Shown: positions 1 through 13,464 of the stretch, piece after piece
How the letters are laid out: every line of letters begins with the position of its first letter
Position numbering within the stretch: position 1 is the stretch's first letter
DNA from: Trichoplax adhaerens
Lineage: Eukaryota; Animalia; Placozoa
Length of the DNA: 64,000 nucleotides
Assembly (NCBI RefSeq): GCF_000150275.1
Contig: NW_002060948.1
Location: 891,983 to 955,982 of the forward strand
Reading direction: 5' to 3'
Notes under the pieces: model-generated
What the model was told of the DNA's origin: nothing
The model's database searches: none
What the model saw: the letters and a program-made list of their open reading frames with translations, nothing else
Position numbers and translations under genes: made by a program

Positions 1-1317
1 TTAGCTCCTGAAAAACGATACAATAAAGGAATATTCTAAAGTTCTGTTACTTCGTATGAATACACTAACAAATGAGTTATTTTATTTCACGTTACATCAA
101 GATAGCATATCTTCTATTTCAAATAATTATTAATGAAAGACCTCATCAATTGTTTATTATATGTTTTATTTTTGTAAGGGCAAATTTAAGCCTATATAAT
201 TTTATAACCTTTAAAGGAATTTTGATATAAGTGCATGGTGATACAGCTTCAAACGAGATATTTTTGCAGAAGTCTTGAAAATAGAGACATGCCAGTAAAT
301 GAGTGGCTTTGTTGATATAACTCATAACCTGTGCATAGTTTGCGTTTCCTGGTAGCGGCTCAAAGTTGTTTAATACCATTGCCGAAACAGGAAGATTGAC
401 TTGACTGCAATAAAAAGATGTAATCATTACATAGTTATATAGTACTGTAGTTTAACTTTTAATAATATTAAGGAACAGTAATAGAACTACTACTTCAGGG
501 TATGAGAAAACTGTTCAACAGATCAAGATAATTTGATTTTACTTGGTATTCAATACATGTCAACACCATAAAGAAACATATAAGAATAACGGTAAGTAAA
601 GATAATATTACAATATTAGAAAGGCATAACATTTTACGTTGCTAGCTCTAAAGTAAAATTGATTTAGTGCAATTAAACTAATTCATACTATTTATATCAT
701 AACATTAGTACAGCAATGTAACAACATACCAGGGGTCAGCGATGTTTTCCGGCTTTGCAACAACTTTAATACATATTTTTTTCCAATGTTTGGGCAACCT
801 TGTTTGTGATGGCTGAAGCTGTAGTTTCCGTTCATACATTGTAGCATCACTATCATATTTCCGATCATGGATTATCCCTTTGCACACATTGTCTAGCCAT
901 TCTTCGTGCACCTTATAAATTAAGGTGAAACACATATTCCGTTATGATTTGTAATATAGTTCTTTACATTTTTGTCAACTTTAGTACTTATATTGTAGCT
1001 TGTTAAAGACTGCTTGATAATAATATTATTACATGTGATCATAGCGTACAAACGTCACAAAATATATAAGGGTACATGTATGCAATACGATTAGCAGATC
1101 TTACTCCTTTTATAGCTAGTAACTAATTAATTAAAAATGAATTATTTTACAGTAAAGTAGTCTATCGTACGCAATAGGTAAGTATTCCTATTACCATGCA
1201 GGTAACTCTGGTACCACGTGTAGTAAAATCAAAACACGGGCGAATATCGGCGCTATAGATATTTAGGTCTTTCTCGATTAAAGTAACAGCATCTTCCGTA
1301 CTTAATGTCTGTCCCAT
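1..1317 (-). CDS. Unidentified spliced protein-coding gene (5' part only, runs off the left edge), N-terminal MGxxxS myristoylation motif
   Basis: Three phase-compatible exons with GT-AG ends: 1317-1195 (MGQTLSTEDAVTLIEKDLNIYSADIRPCFDFTTRGTRVTCM, phase 0), 911-730 (VHEEWLDNVCKGII...ENIADP, phase 2) and 404-209 (CQVNLPVSAM...YIKIPLK). A probable next acceptor (TTTTCAG) is near position 8. Family not recognised. Confidence 0.7.
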
Positions 1318-3969
1318 TCTTGACAATTTCGAAAATCTCTCTTGAGGCTTTTAGTTCCAAAACAATTGCGACACTCTCAAGAAGATTGGATCGATTACTG
1401 GCATATTACTTTGCAATGACAAGGGAAAACATCCTTTAAGGCTTTTCCTCTGTCTTTTTCGATATATTAAAGAACTGATTGTAAGACTACCGTAGAAGAG
1501 AAAGATACAACAGTTGATGAGTACATCGATACAATGGTTTCAACACTATTATGCTACATTGATATCATATCAAAATCGTAATAGTATTGTTGTAAGCCAA
1601 ATAATACAATAGAGCGTTTAGTTAGTAGATATCAGTTGGTGAAAAGAGTATTTGAAAGGTAGACGACACTACGATAGGACATTTAAGGTTTTAGATTTTG
1701 TATTTCGTTATCTTCAATAGCTACCACCTATGTATATTATATGTACATTTACCATTGTCACAAATATATAAAGTGGGCTCCTGCTATGCTTGACAATAGT
1801 ATATTGCTATTGGCGTTCAATTGAAAGTTAACAGAAGTAAATATCAATTAACATGATGGCATTTCTTATTTTTTTCATATTCGGTAGAATGTGGTACATA
1901 TCAATTCGTACAGTATCTATCATTTAAGGTAAAAAATGACGTAATTGCCTTGTTTCTTTAGTGATTAACTTCATGCAACAATTTAGTTGACTGCAAATTA
2001 GTTGTATGATTACATTAGCAGTCGTTTAAACATTAGAATAGTATTAGAAGCATTAATGATAAGACTGTTTGTTTATACGCACGTATAACTATTTCATGGC
2101 TATAGTTGAACATTCATTCTTCTATAGCTATACCCCTATAATGCAAGTGGAGTACCTTGTAAAATAGCCAAGAAATGTCCACGAAATAACACTATCAGAT
2201 AAATATTTGTAATTAAAATTCCAAAGTGATGTATATATATATATCAATGTAATTAATTCATAATTACAGTAGTGTAATAGATCATTGTATCTAACCAAGA
2301 GTAGGAACTACTAAAAGGAAAGAGAGAGGGACTATCAACGATTTTCATTGAAAAAAGCGTGTAAACTGACTATTTTGCTTGTCGTTTTACTAAATCAGAC
2401 GACTGGGGCGTATACCGTACTATGTGAACCGACTTTGGTAGCTAATATGGAGGCTAGTTGTCAATAGTACAGTGTGCGGTTCCAGATGTACAGTATAGTT
2501 GAAATGACCAGGGAAATCGTCAGCCTTTACATTTTTGCTAAGGAAAGTCGTTGATAGTCCTTCTCGCTTTTTTTAGTCCTGTAGTTTAGTAGTCGATGGC
2601 AAGAGTTTGTTACTGATTTATCGATGGTTTTTAGTAGACTAGAATTCACTTTTTAGTCCAGCATATCGACGTATCTACTAGAATTACGTGTCACATGCTC
2701 TACTGTTAGTGTAATCCTTGATCAACCATTGTAGGGTACATTTCGATATTGATTATGATGTAGTGTACATTAAGATGTTGAACAAAATAGTCCGTGGATG
2801 GTTTTTGCGATTTTTTCTTAGTAAACTGCGTTTACCTTTCACATATTTTTCTCCTCTTTTTACTTCTTGTCCATAGAGCTGTGGAGCCCTATGCAATTTT
2901 CACTGGCTGCCGTACCAGTTCGTCGGTGCTTTGTGATAATAATAATGACGAACGTCTAATAATGATTGCAAAATGTTTACTCTAAAATATCAAAATAATA
3001 ACAGATAGTGGCTCAATATTAACCAGGAAAGGCAATCGAATCCGTCGGAATGGCTACGATTGAGAATAGCGTGTATTACGGTCAGGTTGTTATCGTAGTT
3101 TCAAGTTGGTGTCCAAGACCTGGTGAAGGAAGCTATTGACGTTGTGGTTCCTTTTTATAATCTACAATAGAATAAAGTACGCTCTTAATAGCAATCCATT
3201 TATTCTTCACTTTGACTTCAATAGCTACTCAATTAGCGTTAGCATTGACTATCTATGACGACAATATCATAAATGATGATAAATTGAGATTGCCAATCGA
3301 CTAAAAACAGAATCACTTCACACTCCATTCACTAACAATCATACTCGTAGGTAAAGCAACAAGTTCGACTATTGCACTTAATTCTGCACGACCAACATGG
3401 TTGTATCTTTTGTAGTGGATCTGTTGTAGCAATGTATTTATAGTCTACAGTACCGTACATAAAGACAAAAGTAATTAGCTTCATTATTGAAATGAGTTTG
3501 CCCTAGTCTTCAAGTCATCATATACTAAAGAACGATCCAAGCTTGATATTCATGCATAGAAAGGCTTGCCAATTTTAATCATAATATCCTAATTAATTCC
3601 ATCCTATTGTGATAGCTTGTATATTGACAGTACTGTAACTTTACACTCCACTTCTTGAACAACTAGGATGCTTGGCTAGTACTACCAAATTTGATAAGAT
3701 CTAATTCATTGGCAACGAACTAACCGTTCTATACGAGCTTCTCCATTTAGACGCTAATTATCCTTATTAGCTTATTGATTTTCCGACTGTAAATAAACTC
3801 ACCAGAAAGTGCAGCCAGTGGAAAACGCTTGTGAGTGTTTGTTTTAAAGGAGACCGGTGATTCTAGCGCAACAGAAATAATTATCCATTACAAATTAACT
3901 GTCCAGAAAAACATCAATGTCTCCCTTTCGGACATCGCTTGACAGTACAGTCAGTGGGTAGTCCACAGA

Positions 3970-4030
3970 CTACAGTATGTACTGTACTCACTGCAAGTAC
4001 TGTACTGTACTGTACTGTACAGTACAGTAC
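3970..4030. promoter_or_regulatory. TACAG/CTGTA pentamer array; putative promoter of the left-edge gene
   Basis: gtactgtactgtactgtactgtacagtacagtac at 3997-4030. A minus-strand donor (TG|GTGAGT) at 3802 would end a non-coding first exon just downstream. Confidence 0.55.
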
Positions 4031-4961
4031 AAAGATTTAGTGTGAAGTGTGTCTAACCTTTCACTCTTGGTGTGACGTCACAGCCTCGTTGATACTGTAC
4101 ACTGTATAGACAATCGGTACCGCGCTTGCACCAGTACTGTACGGGTCTGAACACTATTCAGTCAATAGTGTAGCGAACGGCCAACGGTACGCCCGTTGCT
4201 CGGCTCGGTACATCAACTTTTCCAGAAGGGGGGTCTTTGCCCAGCCGCAGCGTGAAGGCTATTTACTGTTCAATTATCCATTAATTTATGAAATAAAAGA
4301 AATGGATAAAGAGTATAGGATAACGGTTCGCTAATAGTGCTGATACGCAGTATGAGTCCATAAATTAATTATCAAAAGCTCGATTTTATCGTCCGTCATT
4401 TGCCTCGAGATAGTACTGTACTGTTATTAGTTAGTACCATTAGTACACGATAATGAATTGATTGATCAAGAATTGCTCCTACTGTACACTATTAGAGCTT
4501 GCTAGAAAGAACTTAGAATTTGTGATCAATAAAGTTGACATCGACATGCAAATGGATGCAACCCTAAATAACTTAGTGCTTTCTCAGATATGAAACACAC
4601 AAAGATCTGATATCTTAGCTAAATACATGTGTGCATAGAGTAGTCAGAAATTTGAATCCCATTTTAATTATCAAAAACCAATTGTCATCAAAATAGCAAA
4701 AGTCAACTATAACATTAAGTAAATAACTGAGAATACGAGAATGCACTTTTATATACATTGAATTAATTACCAGTAATCTTATTACAATGCCATAAAATTA
4801 CCTTGACAGGGTCATCATCGATACAATCAAATAGCCCATACAAACAGCTTATCACAAAGTGTCAATGTTCAAATTCAATAATAAACTCAATTCAAAAATT
4901 TTTCCAACGCTTAAGTATTCTACAATCATGCAATGAAATCCAAGTAATACGTCAGAGAATC

Positions 4962-6897
4962 TTAACTTGGATCAGCTAACGACCGCACTTCTCTCAACGC
5001 TTCAGAAGTTATTTTTATTAAATTACACATTTGAATTCGCCCATCGATGGAACTCAATTGTGGTAACATCTCGCTTGCCCATTGAAGTTGCTGATGTAGT
5101 GATTCTATAGTAAACTGTATAGCACTTTGCTGATGGGGCATAGGAGTATTGCTAGCATGTTTCACAGATGATTGCAGAGTACTTGTCGAAAGGCCATTGT
5201 GGCCTTCATCTCTTGCCGGATTCTGAATTGTTTTTGACAATTCTACACTTTCTTCACTCTAGCATACGCGTACATATAAACAGTTAGACTTTTTAACCAG
5301 AGACAAATAACTATCGCTTTATTGTAACAATGAAAAGTAAAATATATCTATATTACCGCAAACTTAGTTGTTAAATAATTACGTAGTAGTTGTACTTTAC
5401 GCTATTAGTGTTATACCTTTTTTTCTGCATGTTGATATAGCTCATTTCTAGTAGTATCTACGTTTTTGCTATCGGATAGGTTAGTTTCCGTAGTAAGTTT
5501 CTGCTTCTTTTCTTAAAATTGAATGAAAAAATATTTACCAATGTAGAAATGAGTAGAATTTTATAAACGACGGTAATGCAAAATATAGTGATAATTAACA
5601 TATAATCATGCTAAGTCAGGAAAGACTTATATAGAGTCTAATATCAATGATACCTTCCTGTTTTAATGGCTTATCTTCAATTACATGACAATTAACGCAG
5701 ATTTCCTGATTGTTCTTGTCTCTAAGTAGGATAGTCTATGTTAAGCAGTTAAAAAATTTGATATCAATTGCAATTTATAGTTAGCTGATCGCCTACCCCA
5801 GACTCGTTACCACTATAGAAATAATATAATACTGCTCTTACTATAGCGTTTAAATTTATCAATCATTTTGGTATATAAAGATTGTTTTGTAAGTAAAATT
5901 CTTAAATTATTGGATTTTATCGGTATATTTCAAATATTCGTAACATTCATTAATTTAAATGTATTCTGCGTACGTACTATACACTATGCAGGTATACTAA
6001 AGGCTATTTAGAAAATAAGTTTATCTATTAGGTTTTTTATAACACTTTAACTTACTTGACAATCCGCACAGTATTTGTTCAGCATACAGTAGCCTTTCAG
6101 AAGGTACTGCCCCATCAACGAGCTCGCTTCGCTGCGTTTTTGACGCATTGCTTCATATTGCTGTTGATCCTCTTCCGTCCAGTATTCAGAATTATCATTA
6201 CCTAAAATATATCATTTTTCCTCCATAAACGATATGACAACTTCTCCGACGTTGCATAATGTTATAATTATTTTTTGACTGTATAAACACTTTAAGTAAA
6301 TCTGCTGCAGCTTTTCCAATACTACATAATTTTACTTATGAGTTTACGTGAAGTACGCCACAATGCAATTAATACTACTTTTATATACAAGGCTTTTGAC
6401 CGAATAAAATACAATTTACAGGAAATCACCAGTAAGTAAATGTTTGGTATTACTAGGTCGTGATAGTAGCATGGATACACAGTAAATCAGCTAGGCACAA
6501 TGAGATGTCACGGTCAATCCCGAATACGAAGCCTTCGGATAAAGGTAGGCTCGCACTAACCATTGTAACTAGAAACTAATCAACTCTACATGAGAACTTA
6601 CTACTTAGTAATATAAATCGAAGCTTACTAGTCAACGGTTAGGATCATGACTCGTAGCAAAGCTTCTTCTCTATCCTAACTCGAAAAGATGCTTATTTAC
6701 TGTAATTCAAAACTTCAGCTTAGCATTTAGCAATCATGTTTATTACAGTCATGAGTAAATAACACAGTGAACAGTACTAAATTAATGCAGGCAGCCATTA
6801 AAATGAGAGGAAATGTAATAATCAGACATACGAAATAGACTCATAATAGTATAATTGTCAATAGGTTTAAGGCTTGAATTAACTTACCTTCGGCCAT
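4962..6897 (-). CDS. SSSCA1: SSSCA1/ZNRD2 zinc-ribbon protein (Sjogren/scleroderma autoantigen 1), 5 exons
   Basis: Exons approx. 6897-6888 (MAE), 6201-6056 (…SSLMGQYLLKGYCMLNKYCADCQ), 5735-5654 (TILLRDKNNQEICVNCH), 5512-5418 and 5258-4962 (…LHQQLQWASEML…IQMCNLIKITSEALR). Both the CxxC…CxxC ribbon and the C-terminal helical motif fit the family. Confidence 0.92.
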
Positions 6898-7076
6898 TTC
6901 TGCAAGCTCTAGCTTTCCTGATTGTTGATGATTTGGTCGCTGCAAACTTGCCAATCCGTGCTGTACTGAGTTTGCGCTATTGAGTGTAGCGTACAGTACT
7001 GTACTGTACTGTACTGTAGACGCACAATTCTGTACTGTACACTTATTCTATCTACGCACGCGCACTTCGCAACAAT
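6898..7076. promoter_or_regulatory. Bidirectional promoter SSSCA1/COG2 containing a TACAG/CTGTA array
   Basis: Only 179 bp separates the divergent ATGs. It contains gtacagtactgtactgtactgtactgta (6991-7018) and ctgtactgtac (7030-7040). Confidence 0.8.
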
Positions 7077-10000
7077 ATGGCTGCCACACTGGACATCAAT
7101 GATAACACGTCAGCTATGATTTTAGGCAACGGCATTACTATAGCAGACGAAGAAGAAATGGAGCTAGAAAAGGGTGAAATATTGAAAGATGGTACAGACC
7201 TTGCTAGGAAGCAATCATTGTTACCCAGTGGTCCCAGTACATTATGCTTTGTAACTGAAGATTTTGTTAGTGAAGAATTCAATGTCGATGGCTTTATAAC
7301 TTCCTGCCGCAGCAGTGTTTCTCCGGAAGTACTTCGCAATGACTTAAAGACTTACTTCGATATTCTAAAGAGTTCCATGGTCGAATTGATTAACAAGGAT
7401 TATGCCGACTTTGTTAATTTATCTACGAATTTGGTAAATTCTCAATATTAACAATATCATCGATACTAAGATTATGCTGAATTAATGATAGGAGTACAGT
7501 ATGTGCTTGTCGTGGCTTATCGAGAGATAGTGGTTGTAACAATCTAGATGACTGCTGTCCCAGCTCTCTATTTATAACTACACTCAATATTATACGTAAA
7601 CTAGTACAATAATGAATCGTTCCCGCGGATATTCCAACTTGTATTGACTGACCGTTGTGATTAAACAATATTTCATGAATAGCATTATGAAACACGATTT
7701 AGTCGACTATCCTCAGCTTTCAGCATCTATTCAGCAATCACTTCAGCTATTAGGCATGCAAAAGATGAATTCCCAAACTATTCTATACCTTAAATTATTG
7801 TGTAGTTACTACAGATAATTTTGTATATTAATATGATTGGCTTATGGTATTATTACAATGTTACAGGTTGGATTAGATAAAGCTATCAGTAATATTTCTG
7901 CTCCTTTGGAACAGATCAAAACAGAAGTTGGGGTAAGTCATAAAGTTAAAATAATAATTTATAGTAGCTAAAGCGATTGCTTTCGTAAACATAGTGGTCT
8001 TATTTGAATCCACTACCGTATTATGCTAGTTCAGAAAGATCATTATATTGCAAGGACACGTTGATAATTAGTCCATATGCAAAACTGCACAAGGTAACTT
8101 ATTGCTATGTTCTACTGCCACCTATAAAAGGTATTAGAGAAGTAAAGGCCATTAATGCGTCAACTTTATGCATGTCTTATTCAATACCGATAATGCGGTG
8201 CTGCGTATACGTATTAAATATATTTCGGACATATATATATATATTCTACTACAACTATATGATTCAATACTGATTTGAAGGCGTCACCATTCTAAATCCA
8301 AGGATAAAGTTATACTGTAATGTATTCACATAACGATTTTACGTTTACTAGTCTGTCAAGGACTGTATTGGCCAGGCGATGAATGGTATTAATAGAAGAT
8401 TAAAGAAGAGAACCGAATTACGAGAGAAAAAAGCTCGGTTACAAAGGTTACTAAATATATCAGATTCTGTTGATAAAATTGAAAAGCTGCTTCAAATCAG
8501 CTCAACTTCACCCCAGAATATGATGTCAGCATCATCTGAAGAAGAAAAGTGAGTAAAATCTAATAAAAGAAAATTCAATTGCAATTATAGTTCTATTTTA
8601 AAATCTGATACTTTACTACTGACTGCTGATTTAACTATTTTGTTTGTAACTGTTGATAACTTGTATCTTATTGTCTTTTCTTTGCCAGCTATGGACATTT
8701 AATTGAACGCGTTGCGATAGAATTTAATCAGTTGTTATTCAATTTGAATCAAAGTAAAGGTCTTCCATTTGTTCAAAAGATACAGCTTGTGAGTACTACA
8801 ATAATTTCATAAGAAGCTGATTCTTTTTATACAACTTTCGTTTTTACTAAACTTGATAAATGTGTTTTATTTTATATTTAAGCGTATTGATTCAATCAGT
8901 AGAACTCTAAAAAGTAGCCTTGATAGATTGTTCGAAGAGGCTGTAGGGGGTGGACAAACTGATTCTTTAGCTCGCTGTTTGCGAACCTATGCTGCTATTG
9001 ATAAAGTCCAAGAAGCTGAGACTTTATTTAGAAATATGGTTGTCAAACCGAGAACGAATGAAGTTAGTGTTGTTACTTAGCACCTTGATATAATGTTTTT
9101 ATGTTAACTGTATTAAATCTTATTGTCATTATTTGTTCTCCCAGATAATTAAAAGTGAGATGTTGGACGTCGTCGCTTTGCAGACAATGTATCAGAAAAT
9201 TATAGATTTTATTCCTATCCATTGCGGTCTTCTATTAGAGCTAACTGCGGAGACGACATTATCCGATATCGGTCGCGGAAGCATAACTACTAGTGGTAGT
9301 AAAATACGAGGTTACGATTTCTTGGTACATTCAGTATTTCCAGAAGTTGTTTCAAGTATAGAAGTTCGCCTGCCTTCAATTTTTGCACCTGGTAATCCGG
9401 ATATCTTCCATCAGGTATGTTATTCTTCGAATTCGATAATTTTAAATGATACCTTTATGACATCCATTAATGGGTCTGATTCTTTTAACCGCAGAAATTT
9501 ACAGCTACACTAGAGTTTATCGCTAAATTCGAGTATCACTGCTGTTCACAAAGCAGTATACTCAGGCTTCGGGACCATAGCAGTTATAAGCAGTTTATGT
9601 CAAAATGGAACCTACCTGTGTACTTTCAGATCAGGTATATTTAATTACGAGTAACGTGTATATCAACCGTTACAATATTCTACACTACCGGATTACTTGG
9701 TTATTCAGTTTCTTACAAGTTCTATTGCGCCTTTCGATAAAGATTCAAAGATATCGGAGAATTGACAGAAAGTGCATACACAAATCCTTTTATTACGGTG
9801 TCAGGTAGCAATGAATGAATTGCTTTTAAGTCAGTTAACCTTCGTAGATAAATTTTGAACATTGTACGGTCTCCCTATTTTTGCGGTATTGTGAATACTT
9901 GTTTTTTAATCGTAATTTTATTGTATTCAGATAAAATTTGTAGGTTGAATGTGACCAATACGTTATGGTATTGCGTCTCTCGATGTTGGTCGGATGATGT

Positions 10001-11532
10001 ATTTTTACTTAATTTAACGCATCTATTTTGGAAGCTAACTATGCAGGTAAGATTATGTGACGTTGTCACTTTTCGCATATACTATATATTGAACTGAGTA
10101 TCTTAACCGGTTATATTTTAGCTACTCTCTCGCTTTTCTTATTGGTTAACTAACGTTAAGGAAAACTTAGTAAGTTCTGTTAGAATGTAGCTCTGAAATA
10201 TTAATAGAGTAATACTTATAAAAATAGAGTGCATTTGTGATATACGATTTTAAAATTAACCTAAGTGAGTATATTATAGCCTAATTTTGGACTTGAAGAT
10301 CGTAGCAAGGGCTCTAGTATTGATACAAACAAATCTCGAGAGAGCAAACGTGATGTGGTTTTATCAGATACAGCCCATGTAATCAATCTTATTGGAGATA
10401 TAGATATTTTAATACCAATGGTAGGTAGTTGCAACGTTAATTCTTAATTTAATATATGATGCGCAATCAGATTGAACCTCTTTCAAAATGTTTCATAGGT
10501 TAAGAAATTATACAAGGACACCATTATACCACATGTAAAAGAATTACAAAGTGATAACTTTGTTTTGTTAGATGGTAATTTGAAGAATGTCATTATAGTG
10601 AACCTAAAATTCTGATTAGCCTATTTCGCGGTTAAACTTCTATAGTCTAAAATTATTAAAATCGTCGTCAATTTTAGAGAGCATTAAAGAAGCGTGTGAT
10701 AATGTAGTTTTACATTTACCAAAATTCGAGTCTCACGTAATTACTCAAGTAGCAGATTCATGTAAGCAGCATTTGGACGCAGCAAACAGTGTTCCTCGAC
10801 AATATCGACGAACAAACAGAGAGGTATAAGATTGTAAACGTTGTATGCTGTATTACAGTCGTAATACTAAGATGTCTATCAAGACTCATTAACATTTGAT
10901 TACCAATTTATCGCTAGATGCCGGGTAAATGTTCTACATACGTACACGCAATTTTTATTCCATTGAAAAGTTTTATATCAGAAAGAAGCGATCATATCAG
11001 TAGCAATAAATGTAAAGACTGGGTTACAAGAATATTACAAATTGTAGCTGATAAGTAAGAATGTATAAATTTCCTTGATCTGCAAAGATGTAATTTTTAT
11101 CTTACTTGGCCATAGGCTTTTGTGTAATCAATTTTATAGACAAGTGATAATGTAATTTTCTTTTCAGATATTTTAACATTATTAATGATATATTAACGTC
11201 CGTTGAAAAGACAAGAGATAGTCTTATGAGATTAAAGAAAAATATTGCTGCAGCTGCTAGTGGATCTTCTACGTCTGTTAGCGATGAAGATAAAATTCGA
11301 TTACAATTACAGCTTGATGTTTTAGAATTTGCGAATGAAGTAAGCCTATTAACTTTGGTTAATAGTACAGTTAAGCTTGAGATTATGTGCTAAAATATTT
11401 TACTTATCGTCACACTATGTTTTACTATTTTAGATTGAAAAATTTTCAGCATCGTCACGCTCCTTACCAGCCTGTCAGCAATTAATTGCTTTAGTTCAAT
11501 CCACTAATAAATCAAATATCAACGAAATCTAG
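7077..11532 (+). CDS. COG2: Conserved oligomeric Golgi complex subunit 2, multi-exon
   Basis: Motifs PSGPSTLCF…MVELINKDYADFVNLSTNL|VGLDKAI, IERVAIEFNQL, PSIFAPGNPDIFHQ, KWNLPVYFQIR, VPRQYRRTNRE and SVSDEDKIRLQLQLDV. Canonical GT-AG introns; stop TAG at 11530-11532. Confidence 0.96.
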
Positions 11533-12738
11533 CGTTTCAATATCATGCATTGGCGCATACTAATTTACGATACTGTACATCTATAAAAATATTTAATTAC
11601 AAGGCATTTTTAGTAGCTATACCAAATAAAAGACGCATAAAATTCTTGAATCTATGTATTATAATCAATTCTAAAGTGTCCATAAGGAAATGTAAAACAT
11701 CATTTTCTTAAATAAAAATGACGAACTTTCAATATAATCTTTTAGTTTCTGGTTTTACTATGGTAGAAATTATTTTTGGGCAGATCATCATGTAAAAAAT
11801 TTTAATTTTTATCAGTATTATTTACAATAGTAAAATATTGATCTCTAGTGGCACATAATCTAGAAAATTTACAGAAATGCTATGGTAGGCTTTAATTTAA
11901 ATTTTAACTGATGAAGAATAGAACTCTTGACAATTTTCTTATTACCTCTAAAAGTTGTTATTTAAGGTTAGGGTGAATTAAGATATTAAATTCGGTTGGA
12001 TCTTTTTTATCACTGTTACGCTCCAGTAAATATACTATCAATCAACATAAGTATGTAGTAACACTCGACTGTATTGCAAACTATGTTTGATCAATTTATT
12101 GATAGTTAAATGGTTCATTATCATACATTATACATCAACTGGATGAATATAAATATCTGACCATTGCAGGCAATGTCCTGGATATTCATACACAATCATT
12201 TCGAAATTAAATTCATAATATAAAATTCTATAGTTATCATGTATTGGTTGTAGAGTATTTATTTATCTTTTCGTATCTTATTATACGACGTATTTGCAGT
12301 ATTATCATATTCTATAGAAACTAGAAACTAAAGTTTCGATGTTGCATTGAGTATTATATAGTTAATATAGTCCTTAGTCAGGTTAAGAAGATTTTGTGTT
12401 TACTTGAGCTATATTAATAATGAAGAAAATACGGCTATAAGAGTAGGACTGCCAATACGAATACCAACTTGCAAGTAGAAGTAAATAAATTACATTGTGG
12501 AAGTATTTTCGACAGATTCTATTCCTTTGTTCTGCATTAAAAATAGTTATAACTTGTGAGTATTTTGTCCAATGCAAGATTACGCATGATCATGCATACT
12601 CGTCCATTACAATATTCGTTAGCACTTGCCGAAATACGAGTAAATGCAACAGCTGCGTGCGCACTTTATGTAATACGGCTTACGGTATATCAATCCATAC
12701 TGTATGTACATTGTACAGTACTGCAGTTACTCGTTAAT

Positions 12739-13128
12739 TCAATATCTTTTTATTCGTAATTCTTTTTCAAATTGTTCAGCAGTAAGAGTTCCATCAATGA
12801 CTTTACAGTCAGGGTTAAAGACGGAATAAGGGCTAAGTTTACCACCCTTTCTACCGTTGGTAGAAGTATTTGTAATAACCAAATAGAACATGGATATAAT
12901 GAGAAACACACTACCAAATTGTATCTCCACGAAGAATGCCATCAATGAGGCCCAAATGATCCATTTTAACAGCCTTATTAAAGAAAAATAAGAGAGTAAT
13001 GTAGCCTTCCAATTATGGTAACTTCCACTATCATTTTCCTTAGTTAGTTGTACGTCGTCGGTATTTAATCGATCTTGATCACGAAGGCTAGCCTTTTTAT
13101 TTCTGCCTTTGCGGCTTAAGGATGACAT
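12739..13128 (-). CDS. SAYSD1: SAYSvFN domain-containing membrane protein, single coding exon
   Basis: Hydrophobic hairpin (LKWIIWASLMAFFVEIQFGSVFLIISMFYLV) followed by LSPYSVFNPDCKVIDGTLTAEQFEKELR, the family signature. Confidence 0.93.
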   Translation of the reverse strand: MSSLSRKGRNKKASLRDQDRLNTDDVQLTKENDSGSYHNWKATLLSYFSLIRLLKWIIWASLMAFFVEIQFGSVFLIISMFYLVITNTSTNGRKGGKLSPYSVFNPDCKVIDGTLTAEQFEKELRIKRY

Positions 13129-13464
13129 CCTATACTGTATTTACAGTTATCACACACTACAAGCAGATAGGCTAGGGTACTTTTAAATGTGTATACGTTC
13201 TGATGGAAGTTAAAATTCCGAGAAGCTATTCATATCTCCATAGGTTGCGATGAAGTAGATTTAATTTTAATTGACTGCTTTCTTATTAGGGAATTTCCTC
13301 TATCTGTGAGTCTCGAACTACAGTACATATACTGTATACGGTACAGTACAGTACTTAATATTACAGTACTATATACCGTACACGACTGACTTCAGTTTAC
13401 ATAAAAGTTGTTTGATTTCTTTCTTTAAAGCATGTAACCGAGAAGGAATTGGGGCGTTAACGTG
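13129..13464. promoter_or_regulatory. Bidirectional promoter SAYSD1/ERG28 with TACAG/CTGTA cluster
   Basis: 336 bp between divergent ATGs; ctacagtacatatactgtatacggtacagtacagtac…ttacagtact at 13318-13370. Confidence 0.75.

Noticed and set aside
3997-4030. Pentamer arrays as CRISPR or telomeric repeats
   Set aside because: There is no repeat-spacer structure or cas gene, the context is eukaryotic, and the unit is not TTAGGG-like.
7052-7339. Antisense ORFs over real exons (also 21948-22166, 22484-22744, 46718-46993, 55890-56171)
   Set aside because: Shadow frames opposite well-supported coding exons, with no independent evidence.
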